A DNA stretch of 63,448 nucleotides, filler included, from Octopus bimaculoides (Eukaryota): the NCBI RefSeq assembly GCF_001194135.2. It is 5 parts of 5 records of this genome, joined end to end, with 100 filler letters (N's around TTAATTAATTAA, not from the genome) between each part and the next. Parts side by side here need not be neighbours in the genome. Positions count along the whole stretch, not along the records: positions 6,106 to 34,236 come from NC_068991.1; positions 34,337 to 52,557 come from NC_068988.1; 3 more parts are not named here. One strand, given 5' to 3'. The first letter of the stretch is position 1. Every line of letters begins with the position of its first letter. Below the pieces are notes generated by a model. That model had not been told where the DNA came from and searched no databases. It was given only the letters and a program-made list of their open reading frames with translations. Positions 28,348 to 39,631 of this stretch are shown one piece after another. The translations under genes were made by a program, and so were the position numbers.

Positions 28348-28417
28348 ATGGGGGCACGTGGCTTAATGGTTAGGGGTGTTAGATTTATGATCGTAAGATT
28401 GTGGTTTCGATTCCTGA
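28348..28417 (+). mobile_element. Isolated tRNA-like head of family-C SINE
   Basis: GGGGGCACGTGGCTTAATGGTTAGGG..TGATCGTAAGATTGTGGTTTCGATTCCTG matches the head of the 29402-29655 copy. Confidence 0.8.
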
Positions 28418-28655
28418 TTTTACAAGCCATGAGCATATAAGTCGTGGACTGGTTGGGGGACTTGCCTTCAACCTTAGCGGGTACGTGATATTTAAAAGCT
28501 ACAGAAATGGCGAAGCATCCGGTGTTTATCATCCGGCTGTCCATGTTTCTGAGGTGTTTTAAACCCAGTGGTTTGAGAGTATATACTCCACCACGCTATT
28601 CTAACCACCGGAAAATGCACAAAGCATATACGTTAAGTATATGATGTTAATAATT

Positions 28656-28703
<48 letters not shown>

Positions 28704-29401
28704 AATAAGCGTGCTTGGACTTCCGTCGGTGATGAGTTCCAAGACATGCAACTTAACTCGACAGACGACGTGACAAGAAAAAAACATTTCCAAAACCTTA
28801 TTAGTTTACCTCTATTAGCTTATATCTATTATAATAATTGATTTCTTTATCAGCTTCAGTAATTTAAAAAAAAAAATTTTTGTCTCCTTTTTATTTTCTT
28901 AATTTTTATGCTTTTAAATACGTTCGCTGTGGCCGTTGAAAAGTCGAATAAATCGACTGAAGTTGAGTCTATTTTTTCCCCCATTAATTTCTTTAAAAAA
29001 AAAAAAAACTCGTAAAGTCGAATGCAAAATGTGACTCGAAACGATTTAAGTTGAAGTACGTTGGTACCGGGTTCTTAGAATTCCTTATTTGCCCTGCTAC
29101 GACAAAATGGAATTATAAAGAGTGTGTGTATGTGTATGAGAATGTGTGTGTACTTGCGTGTGTGCGTGTGTGTGGGCGCGGGCGTGTGTATAGTAACTAG
29201 AAGTGTATGTGTGCGTGTGTATGGCATCTAGAGGCACATGTTAATTCGTCTTAATGTGGTTATTATTTACTGAGAGCGCTCTGCAAATATTTAGAAATTT
29301 ATTGAAACTATTAACAACGTCTGTTTGAAATATATAAACGGGGAGAATAAATCTTGAAGATATCAGTATAAACAAAATGTGCATATATTTAACTCACATT
29401 A

Positions 29402-29655
29402 AAATAAATGTGCCCTTTTAAAGCCTAGCCAGACTCATGGGCCCGGTTTCCCGGTTTCAATAGCGTATGTGTTACCAGCTGGACGGGACGCCAGTCCATC
29501 GCAGCGTTACTCATTTTTGCCAGCTGAGTGGACTGGAGCAACGTGAAATGGAGTGTTTTGCTCAAGAACACAACGCGTCGCCCGACCCAGGAATCGAAAC
29601 CACAATCTTACGATCATGATGCTGAAACCCTAACCACTAAGCCACGCGCCTCCAC
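29402..29655 (-). mobile_element. tRNA-headed SINE, family C, full length with 13-bp TSD
   Basis: Minus strand GTGGAGGCGCGTGGCTTAGTGGTTAGGG (A box)..GGTTTCGATTCC (B box)..GATGGACTGGCGTCCCGTCCAG. TSD TTAACTCA(C/T)ATTA at 29389-29401 and 29656-29668. Confidence 0.9.
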
Positions 29656-31446
29656 TTAACTCATATTAGACTTCTGTAAGTACTTGCGGTTTCAACTGGA
29701 ATGAGGTAGATTGCTGTCAAACTTCACTATAAATGGTACACTGCGCAGTGTTTTATTTTAAAGTGATAAGTACATACAAAGCGAAGCGAGCACGTTTATT
29801 TATAACCAGAAAAAAACCCATCTCATCAATGTAGTAAAAATTGCTCGTGAGCTATATTAGGAAGATAGATTAATAAAAATAAGCTTAACATCCCTAAAAT
29901 CGATTAATGTGGTAACTAAACACATTGGAATGTTAGAAGGTACATCTTAATTAATTTAATCGAAACATTTACTTAGTGAGAGTGTTCTTATAAGAAATTA
30001 GTTGGGACTATTAGCAGAAAATCAATAAACGGAATGAATGAATTTTATATATACCCATATAAAGAACGTTACGTATATTGGCATAATTACGAAAATGTGC
30101 CCTCACCCAACTTTGTTTTCGCATAACTTTCTGAAATATGGGTATTTTTTAATGAAATTTTCTACAAATACGCTTCACATAATGGTGATTATATCAGAAT
30201 TTTCCAAGAATAAAAAAAGGGTCGCAACGGATATTTCACGCATATCAACTTTGATTCCTTATGTTTTGATGATGTAGATTATAATTATATTGAANNNNNN
30301 NNNNNNNNNNNNNNNNNNNNNNNNNNNNNNNNNNNNNNNNNNNNNNNNNNNNNNNNNNNNNNNNNNNNNNNNNNNNNNNNNNNNNNNNNNNNNNNNNNNN
30401 NNNNNNNNNNNNNNNNNNNNNNNNNNNNNNNNNNNNNNNNNNNNNNNNNNNNNNNNNNNNNNNNNNNNNNNNNNNNNNNNNNNNNNNNNNNNNNNNNNNN
30501 NNNNNNNNNNNNNNNNNNNNNNNNNNNNNNNNNNNNNNNNNNNNNNNNNNNNNNNNNNNNNNNNNNNNNNNNNNNNNNNNNNNNNNNNNNNNNNNNNNNN
30601 NNNNNNNNNNNNNNNNNNNNNNNNNNNNNNNNNNNNNNNNNNNNNNNNNNNNNNNNNNNNNNNNNNNNNNNNNNNNNNNNNNNNNNNNNNNNNNNNNNNN
30701 NNNNNNNNNNNNNNNNNNNNNNNNNNNNNNNNNNNNNNNNNNNNNNNNNNNNNNNNNNNNNNNNNNNNNNNNNNNNNNNNNNNNNNNNNNNNNNNNNNNN
30801 NNNNNNNNNNNNNNNNNNNNNNNNNNNNNNNNNNNNNNNNNNNNNNNNNNNNNNNNNNNNNNNNNNNNNNNNNNNNNNNNNNNNNNNNNNNNNNNNNNNN
30901 NNNNNNNNNNNNNNNNNNNNNNNNNNNNNNNNNNNNNNNNNNNNNNNNNNNNNNNNNNNNNNNNNNNNNNNNNNNNNNNNNNNNNNNNNNNNNNNNNNNN
31001 NNNNNNNNNNNNNNNNNNNNNNNNNNNNNNNNNNNNNNNNNNNNNNNNNNNNNNNNNNNNNNNNNNNNNNNNNNNNNNNNNNNNNNNNNNNNNNNNNNNN
31101 NNNNNNNNNNNNNNNNNNNNNNNNNNNNNNNNNNNNNNNNNNNNNNNNNNNNNNNNNNNNNNNNNNNNNNNNNNNNNNNNNNNNNNNNNNNNNNNNNNNN
31201 NNNNNNNNNNNNNNNNNNNNNNNNNNNNNNNNNNNNNNNNNNNNAAAGGGACCTAATTAAATGCAGCCACACGTTTTGTCGTTTTGACCAACGCTCAAAT
31301 GTTTCTTTTAATCTGTAATCCTAATAATAATTGTGACATGTATTCACACATATTCTTTGGTTAAGAGAAGACAGTTAATCTGACAGACACTTTATTTCAT
31401 CGACCTATAAAAAGTGAAGCCCCAAAAACTCGACTTAGGCAGGTTT

Positions 31447-31503
<57 letters not shown>

Positions 31504-31507
<4 letters not shown>

Positions 31508-32054
31508 TACTAATTGATCCATCATGTCCGTTTGATTCCAGGATTGTAAAGAAAGAAGATGAAAAACTAAAAAAATACAATGACTTAAATTCGGAAATTG
31601 TAAGAATTGGAATAAGAAAGTTATGCCTATAATATTTGATGCATTAGGAAATGTGAGTAAGGATATAGACAAATTGTTGTAGGGGATTAGAACAGAATGT
31701 CTTATAGAGCTTCTGTGGAGGCGCAATGGCCCAGTGGTTAGGGCATCGGACTCGCGGTTATAGGATCGCGGTTTCGATTTCCAGACCGGCATTGTGAGTG
31801 TTTATTGAGCGAATACACCTAAAGCTCCACGAGGCTNNNNNNNNNNCAACTGGAACCCTCGACGTCGTAAGCGACGGAGTGCCAACAACAATAGAGCTTC
31901 TATAGAAAGTTTGCGTCTTAGAGAAAGGAAAAGTTATCAGGAGGGTTTTTAAATACTTGAAAGACTACTGAAAACTTGTGGATATATGAGGTTATAGGGA
32001 GTAACCTGCCACTCACATAAATTCTACAAGGAATAACAGTCAAATCACAAAGAA
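31504..32054 (+). mobile_element. R4/Dong-type 3' end (RLE domain plus 3' UTR) between (AAT)n arrays, interrupted by a SINE
   Basis: LLIDPSCPFDSRIVKKEDEKLKKYNDLNSEIVRI (D..D-x-x-K RLE signature), then PIIFDALGNVSK and, after the SINE, ELL*KVCVLEKGKVIRRVF. (AAT)n on both sides (31449-31503, 32055-32069). Confidence 0.88.
31715..31890 (+). mobile_element. tRNA-headed SINE, family D (middle collapsed in a 10-N gap), 11-bp TSD
   Basis: TSD ATAGAGCTTCT at 31704-31714 and 31891-31901. Both ends match the copy at 49471-49836. Confidence 0.92.
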
Positions 32055-32071
32055 CAATAATAATAATGATA

Positions 32072-32582
32072 CATGGCTTCTGATCTTAACTGATTAGATG
32101 TGCTATCATGTACATGTTTTATGCTCGTGTAAAAGATAGGCTACAGCAAATATTCTGCTCAATACCTCAGATTTGTTTGTCATTTGCTTGACGTTAACCA
32201 GTTGAACATGTTCCTAAGTGACTGACGATATGTACATTTCCGATCACGATCAGGCGTAGTGGGAGGGAATCATAGCCATGTGTTGGGAGGGATTCTTTGG
32301 GGTTTGAATAATTCTCCTCAGGAGACATGGGTGTTTCATTCATCAGCCTTAATAACTCTTATTCGGGCCTTTTGAGCGGGATTGTCTACTCAGCCTGAAG
32401 AAAAGTCTAACTGGGGTCCCCACCTGCAAGGAAATGCACTGTTTATCTTGATATGAGATCGCCATATCGTACACATATAGTTGTGATGCATGTGTCTGAT
32501 GTGCCCTTATCAGATGGGTATATTGGGCTTCGTATATTTGTACTCCAGTGTCAATTTGATGACATGCGCTGCTCTCTCACTC
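32072..32582. repeat. Unclassified ~510-bp interspersed repeat flanked by (AAT)n
   Basis: Non-simple sequence bounded by CAATAATAATAATGAT on both sides. It resembles an abundant octopus repeat I recall, but it is single-copy here and no ORF was found. Confidence 0.5.
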
Positions 32583-32633
32583 AATAATAATAATGATGAT
32601 GTTGATGATGATGAGGATGAAGATGCTGATGAC

Positions 32634-32666
<33 letters not shown>

Positions 32667-32707
32667 GGTGGTGGTGACGACAACGACGGCGACGACGACG
32701 ATGATGA

Positions 32708-33650
32708 TTTCTTTATTAACATCTAAGGGCTTATAAAGAGACTGAATACGATAGAGAACGATACTGTGCTATACAACGTGGGGTTACATAAAAGCGTGCA
32801 AACAGTAAAGCAGCAAAACAAAAACATTCAAGCAAGAAAAAATTCTTCAAAATTGTTGGAGAGACTCTCAAGGGCTGCTCGTGAAATCCCCACAAAGCCA
32901 TTAATAGCCTAATTACGAGGGCAGCGGTCCTCCCCCAGCTCTCCCAATCCTCCTTCCTCAACCAACAAGTGCTTGCTCAAGGCAGGCCCGTTGACCAGGA
33001 CCATATTTGCCGTCCTCATCTACATTTCAACAAATTTGATGAACGGTAGCACTTCCCTACCCATCGCTACTTACGTTTCAACTGAAACTTGAAAAAGTCG
33101 ATGAAGATCTGGCCAAGGTGGAATGTGCCTGTCTTCACCTCTATCGGTCTGGTCCACCAGACAAATAATGACTATCTGGCCTTCCCGGCCAAAGATAGGT
33201 GGCGGAACGATCTACACATGGGGCTCAGTTGATAGCCAGTTCCGTTCTACATGCGACAGTTGGTGCTTGATATAACTTAACGAATTATCAATGCTTCAAC
33301 TCTGGTATAACTTAACGAATCAACAATGCTTGAACATCATGCGTCGTTGACGATTGTCACTGTTATGCACGCTTAACCAGTCTCTATATGCATGGCATAT
33401 CGAGAGAGACGCGTTCAGCTTCCAGTAACCGAGTCACAGCCTACGTGGACTATTTAGGCAGATTGTACAGATCACAAAAGTGTGGTCTGCGTAGCCGACG
33501 AATTTAAAACGTGGACAGCTTATGCAATCTTTAACCACTGCCCCATACAATACTCTATCTAGATACGATCTGGATGACCCGATACAGTTTGTTCCCGTCC
33601 ATGTTGGCACATTCGGGAGAATCCAGTCGGTATATGTCAGATAGTTGGTA
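32708..33650 (-). mobile_element. L1/Tx1-type element lacking RT: APE endonuclease fragment joined to C-terminus/3' UTR
   Basis: ORF 33434-33670 contains PTWTGTNCIGSSRSYLDRVL..CPRFKFVGYADHTFVICTI (APE LDR..DH motifs). 32970-33270 resembles the C-terminal part of the 2058-3700 copy. The end AATAAAGAAA abuts a (GAT/GAC)n array. Confidence 0.75.
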
Positions 33651-33708
33651 ATAATGATAGTGATGGTCATAACATTAATTAAATATTATTATTATTATTA
33701 TTATTATT

Positions 33709-33762
<54 letters not shown>

Positions 33763-33788
33763 GCTATTATTACTATTATTATTATTAT

Positions 33789-34126
33789 GTTTGACTTTTG
33801 CTTTGTATTTGTACAATTTGACTCCAAGTCTCACCCATAGACCTCGACAGACAACAAGTTAGAAGTTCAAGCTGGTGTTATGCCTAGGGTGTCACATATT
33901 TGATTTTGCACATAGTATATTGTTCTAGAGAACACTTAAGGGAACACGAAAATTATAAGTTTGTTTTAAAATTTGAGATTACATAGACAGTGCTTTACGT
34001 AGGATATGGGCAGTTACCATGAGCACAATCTTTTGAATTTCTGCCATTTTGGGGTTTCCTAATATCTGAGCTAGGTAGGAATCAGCCTCTTTTGCTATCA
34101 TTCCTAGGACAAAAGGGGCTGATTCC

Positions 34127-34128
<2 letters not shown>
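33789..34128 (-). mobile_element. R4/Dong-type 3' end embedded in (TTA)n
   Basis: Minus strand VLGMIAKEADSYLAQILGNPKMAEIQKIVLMVTAHILRKALSM*, followed by a 3' UTR matching 51400-51536. (TAT)n on both sides. Confidence 0.9.
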
Positions 34129-34198
<70 letters not shown>

Positions 34199-34236
34199 CA
34201 TTATTCAGTAGTTTTATTTTTATAACGTGCTTTCAC
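34199..34236 (-). mobile_element. 3' tip of a second Dong subfamily (rest in gap)
   Basis: Reverse complement GTGAAAGCACGTTATAAAAATAAAACTACTGAATAAT is identical to the end of the 51104-51297 copy. Confidence 0.9.
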
Positions 34237-36829
34237 NNNNNNNNNNNNNNNNNNNNNNNNNNNNNNNNNNNNNNNNNNNNTTAATTAATTAANNNNNNNN
34301 NNNNNNNNNNNNNNNNNNNNNNNNNNNNNNNNNNNNATATATATATATATATATATATACACACAAACATACGCTTATACAAATATAAGTGGATTTCTGT
34401 AGGGCAAAGTTTTATTCAAAGTTTTCCACTTAATGAGATAAACGAGTAACAATAGACAATAAAAGAAAAAAGAAAATGAAAACAAAAATAAAAGCAGAAG
34501 AAATATAAAACAAAAAAAGCGATGGAAGAAAATGAGACGCAAAATTCAATAACAAAGCAACGAAAATATTCCTCGAGAAATTGTTTCATAACAAACAATG
34601 CTATGTTTTCTACTTCATGATGGAAACAAAAAGAGCTTAAAGCGGATGTTGAAACGAACATAATCTAGCGTTGGAAACATGGTATTTGAAACAGATGAAT
34701 CTAATTATGCTATCCATATAATATATACATGCATGAATACATTTCTACATCAATACATACGAGCACAATGTGAACATAGATGCATACATATTATATGATA
34801 CGTTGATAATATTTGGAATGGGTTCTTTATGATAGGCCTCTGATATTAAATAAATATCACATTTACAGTGAACACATTCGTTAATCTTCTAGGATTTCTC
34901 CGTTGGCTCTGTTGAGCTCTTCCGTTACCTCTTTACAATCTACCATGCTGCAGTCCTATGGCTCCGCCGTATCCCTGGCACTCGTTCAGTCACGGGTGCT
35001 ATGTCTTGTGCACGGGTACTGCTCGTAACTATGCAGGTTACAGTCGTCACTCCATGAGGTATTTTCAAAATACCCACGCTCTATCAAGAGAGTAATCGCC
35101 GCGCATTCATAGAAGTGGCGTCCATGTTTGTGCAATCAGCTAATAAAATATTCACCATGACGCAAGCTCCCATTTCAAATTCATTATAATGGAATTGGAT
35201 GGAGACAGAGAGTTCATGGAAATCCACGAAAACAGCGAAAAGCAAGTTAGAATCACCAGTTCTCTAATCCCACCAGATTTTATGTGTATATAACGGATTT
35301 AACGAATCGGTTGCTTGTGTCTTTTATGTGGACATCTTGGTTTTGATAGTAAAAAATGTTGAAAACTTATGGTAACAACTTAGTAGTTCCATTATTATGA
35401 ATCTACTAGATTTGTGTGTATATTGACAGATTGGATACTCGTTTCTTTGGGATTGGTCAAGGAGTGTAGATACGTCTGATGAGACACCAATAATTATCAA
35501 AATCGATTTAGGCTGTTCATTTTTGTCTACCGAAAGAGAAATAGTTAAATTCAACGTTTTAGTATGTATACTTTGTAGGTCTACACACATGTATACACTC
35601 ACTCTCACACACACATGCACGTAGATTATTTTAAATGAATGAATATTATATCGCAGCTCGATTTTCAGGCCGCGGAGATCTTCAGGCAAGAACTGTCATT
35701 ATTTACATTATTTACATTTGACAGAAAGATACGTTCAGAGATTGGGACTCCAATGGAAGATCATTTATCATGAAAGAAGAATGATAATTGGTTGAGAATG
35801 ATTGAGTGAAGAGATCCAATGTAACTTGAGGTAACGAAAATGATTGGCTGCATATCAAGAATAATTCGTTTGAAAACTTCTAACATTGAGTTCCTCAATT
35901 ATCAACTTTACTGTACCGGGATTCCCAAACAGAGGTCCTTCCAAGCACCCATTATCACCGCTCAACGTCCAATGTGAATAGTATTAGATCATTTGAGTCA
36001 CGTGACTGTATTCCAGTAAAAGAAAGTATGTACTAATCAATCACTGAAAGAGAGATTTAGCAGAAATAGTAGATCTGCCGAACCCCGGCTTCAAAGAGCG
36101 AAGAATGACACTACTCCAGCTTGAATTCAATGCGTTTTTCGCATCGAGATTAAAACCGCTTTAAGTACATCAGAATGAAGTGTCTTGAAAGTCTCAGGGG
36201 TGTGAATGACTAATTTACACCTTAGTTCCATATTAGCTCAAATTGAACAGGTGCTAATTAAGAAAAAGGCAACAGAAGACCGTCGACAGATTCGTTTTAA
36301 GCATGAGGAGCCTCAGAATACACCCAACCACTAATGGAATGTAGATTACTATTAATGTTAAGGCGATTGGGCAGATTAGCCCTAAAACCCAGTGGCTATA
36401 TACAAGATAGAATACACAGGGAAGAAACCAAATTTACAAACCATATGAGATATTCCAAAAGCTCGAAGACTGAATCACCGGTGAATGAGAGATTCTATTC
36501 TTAAAATTTTGTGAATGGGGTGGTTCAGACAATAAATTCTAGGGCCAGTAGCGAAAATGTGATCACCTTCATATCAACTGGAATAAAAGAGGATCTAAAA
36601 TAACAGGGTGGTATGGTTCCGTGGAAAATACAATGAGAAGGAAACAGTTTGTGGAACCCTGCCTTATTGACGATTTTTCATTTCATGTACACATAACTTT
36701 CTTTTCTTGAGTTCAACGACTCATGAAACAGGTGGATCGGTTTCCATGGCGTACAACTGACAGAGTTTCCAACGATACTCCTGAACGGGACACAGATCCG
36801 TTGCGGGGTTCAAAGACAGCAATTTTGAG

Positions 36830-37012
36830 GTAAAAGGGGACAAGTCGATTACACTAGCGACCCCAGTACTTGACTGATACTGTATTACATCGACTAGAAA
36901 AGAATAAAATGCAATGATGACCTCGGCAGGATTTGAACGCAGAACGTAAAGAGTCGAAAAAATGCCTTTAAGCATTTTGTCCGACGCACTAACGATACTG
37001 CCAACTCGCTGC
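36830..37012 (-). mobile_element. Degenerate family-B SINE
   Basis: CAAGTCGATTAC..GACCCCAGTAC..GACCTCGGCAGGATTTGAAC..GCATTTTGTCCGACGC. Confidence 0.8.
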
Positions 37013-37537
37013 TTCATATTTAGTATTATGCTAGTTAGCTTGTCATAAGCATTTAATTCCATCACCTCTCTATAATAGTGCCTTTTATTTTAATTTTCCT
37101 CTTTACCCCACGCTAAACCCAAGCTGGGGCACCACCTTATTTGCAACAGGTACTTATAATTAGATTGGCGGAATATCATTACTTGTCTGTTTCGAGAAAT
37201 GAAATAAAAACTTAGATTCTAATTTAGAATTTACATGATAAGAAACTTTTCGAAGCAAAGTCAGTTGAGAAGGAACACAGGAACAGGTCCCCCGACGAGA
37301 ATTCAATCCCGCATAAAACCTGTTGCTTCTTTCTGCCTCAAATTGGTTAATACACTGGAAGAATCCCTACATCACCGAACCAAATGTCTTGTAATTAGGT
37401 ACTGCTCTTTACATTCTCAGTTCAAATAACACACGAGGTTAATTTTACCATTCATTCTCAGTAAGATACTGAGGGTAACTGATTAAATAAGTCCTATTTT
37501 CCCACTAAAGTACCATAAGAATTAGAGGCTTTGTACC

Positions 37538-37719
37538 AGCGTTAGATTTGCGTTTAAGAAGCTCGCTTTGCAGCCACGAGATTTCAGGTTCAATCACACT
37601 AAGCGGCACATGGGGCAAATGTCATCAACTATAGCTCCAGTCCAACCAATACCTTGTGAGTAAGTTTAGTAGACGAAAACTGTGTGGAATCCCATTATAC
37701 ACACGCACATATATACATG

Positions 37720-37765
<46 letters not shown>

Positions 37766-37790
37766 CGTGAGCGAGGGCATGCGTACGTGC
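37538..37790 (+). mobile_element. Family-A SINE 5' half with (GT)n
   Basis: AAGAAGCTCGCTTTGCAGCCACGAGATTTCAGGTTCAATC..GGGGCAAATGTC..CTATAGC. Confidence 0.75.
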
Positions 37791-37824
37791 GTTGAAAGAG
37801 ATACGGCTTAATGATTATAACGTC

Positions 37825-38137
37825 CAAGAATCTTTCTAAAGTTCAAATTGCACTTGGAAAGAACAGCATTTCAAGACGTCAAAGAAATCCAGGAAAATGC
37901 AACGAAGCAGCTGCTCGCTATCCCCCCACCCCACCCCTAAATCCAGGAAATCCAGGAATTCTTCTATCAGTGGAAACGACGCTGGATAAAGTGTGTGGTG
38001 ACTTCAAAAGGGAATGACATCGAAGGAGATTCAATACCGAATGCATATGTATTATAGCTTTCATTTTATGGCACCAGTCCTCAAAACTGCTTTCTGATAA
38101 GGCCTCGGGAAAACGTTTTTGATCAGAGCTCGTGTAA
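37825..38137 (+). mobile_element. Mariner transposase C-terminal fragment with TIR remnant
   Basis: FLKFKLHLERTAFQDVKEIQENATKQLLAIP..QEFFYQWKRRWIKCV..GNDIEGD, followed by TIR-like ..GATAAGGCCTCG and TTTTTGATCAGAGCTCGTGTA. Confidence 0.8.
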
Positions 38138-38689
38138 CAGGCTCTCTTTTAACATTGTTCAGTAACAATAGTAAAAGCGTTTTAGTAATAAATACGAAAA
38201 CTTACAGCCAAATGTGTTTATGTTCACTGGTTTCTTTCCTTGGATCGCGGTATTATAGGGCACCGCCTTCATAGCTTTTATAATCGATTATATCCATTGC
38301 TGAGCAATCGATAGATGATGGTAGATAAGTGGTTCGAGTTCCGTATAGTGGGTCTTGTTTTTCTTTGTATTATTGTTTTCTTTGTTTTGGTTTTCAGCTG
38401 AAGTTTGGTGCTTTTAATGCCAAATATCATAATTATCTATGTCTCTCAAGAACTCATTCTATTTTATTTATTTATCCTATTATTAACTGTCATATACTCA
38501 TATATATGTGTGTGTATGTATACATACACCTATATATACATACGCAAATATACACACACATATGTATTACTCATATATGTATATACATACATGCATATAT
38601 GTATATATATATATATATATCATATATATATAAATATATATACATATATATGTATGTATGTATATATTACATTATATTATATTATATAT

Positions 38690-38735
<46 letters not shown>

Positions 38736-39515
38736 GAGAGAGAGAGAGATAGATAGACACATAAATATACACAAAGAAGCATACACACACATACATACAT
38801 ATATATATATATGTATATTCGTATATATATANNNNNNNNNNNNNNNNNNNNNNNNNNNNNNNNNNNNNNNNNNNNNNNNNNNNNNNNNNNNNNNNNNNNN
38901 NNNNNNNNNNNNNNNNNNNNNNNNNNNNNNNNNNNNNNNNNNNNNNNNNNNNNNNNNNNNNNNNNNNNNNNNNNNNNNNNNNNNNNNNNNNNNNNNNNNN
39001 NNNNNNNNNNNNNNNNNNNNNNNNNNNNNNNNNNNNNNNNNNNNNNNNNNNNNNNNNNNNNNNNNNNNNNNNNNNNNNNNNNNNNNNNNNNNNNNNNNNN
39101 NNNNNNNNNNNNNNNTATGTATGTGTGTGTGCAAATGTGTGTATATATAATATATATATATATATTTATACATATATACACATACATATATATATTTATA
39201 TCATATTTATATATATATACACATACATACACACTTACACACATATGTACATTTACATATATATATATATATACACACATACACACACACACATCCCGTT
39301 CTGTATCTCTAGTTTTGTAAATAACGATTATTTCATAAATCATGAAATTTCATGTTTGCATAGAAGAGAAAATTTATGCCAGAGATTCTGACTTTTGGTT
39401 CGAATATCGAAGCTCATCATGGCATATATTTTGCTTCACTTCATGGAACAGTTCCAAAATGCGCCCATGACGTTTGCTTCGCAAACACGTGGTTTCGAGT
39501 TCAATCTCATTGCAC

Positions 39516-39631
39516 GGGTAAGTTTCTCCTAGTATCTCAATCTCATTGGGTAAGTTTCTCCTAGTATCTCAATCTCATTGGGTAAGTTTCTCCTAGTATC
39601 TCAATCTCATTGGTTAAGTTTCTCCTAGTAT
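39516..39631 (+). repeat. 32-bp minisatellite (3.6 copies) inside a decayed family-A SINE
   Basis: Unit GGGTAAGTTTCTCCTAGTATCTCAATCTCATT starts at 39516, 39548, 39580 and 39612 (partial). Confidence 0.95.

Noticed and set aside
28348-28417. tRNA genes at SINE heads (also 29590-29655, 31715-31790, 49770-49836, 61377-61445)
   Set aside because: A/B boxes are present, but I could not fold a complete cloverleaf with an acceptor stem, and most continue into SINE bodies.
29702-29723. let-7-like seed TGAGGTAG
   Set aside because: Only the first 8 nt match, and there is no complementary arm to form a pre-miRNA hairpin.
32490-32726. Acidic poly-D/poly-G ORF
   Set aside because: Compound (AAT)(GAT)(GGT)(GAC) microsatellite at a LINE tail.
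39516-39631. CRISPR-like 32-bp repeats
   Set aside because: Units are contiguous with no spacers, in a eukaryotic SINE context.
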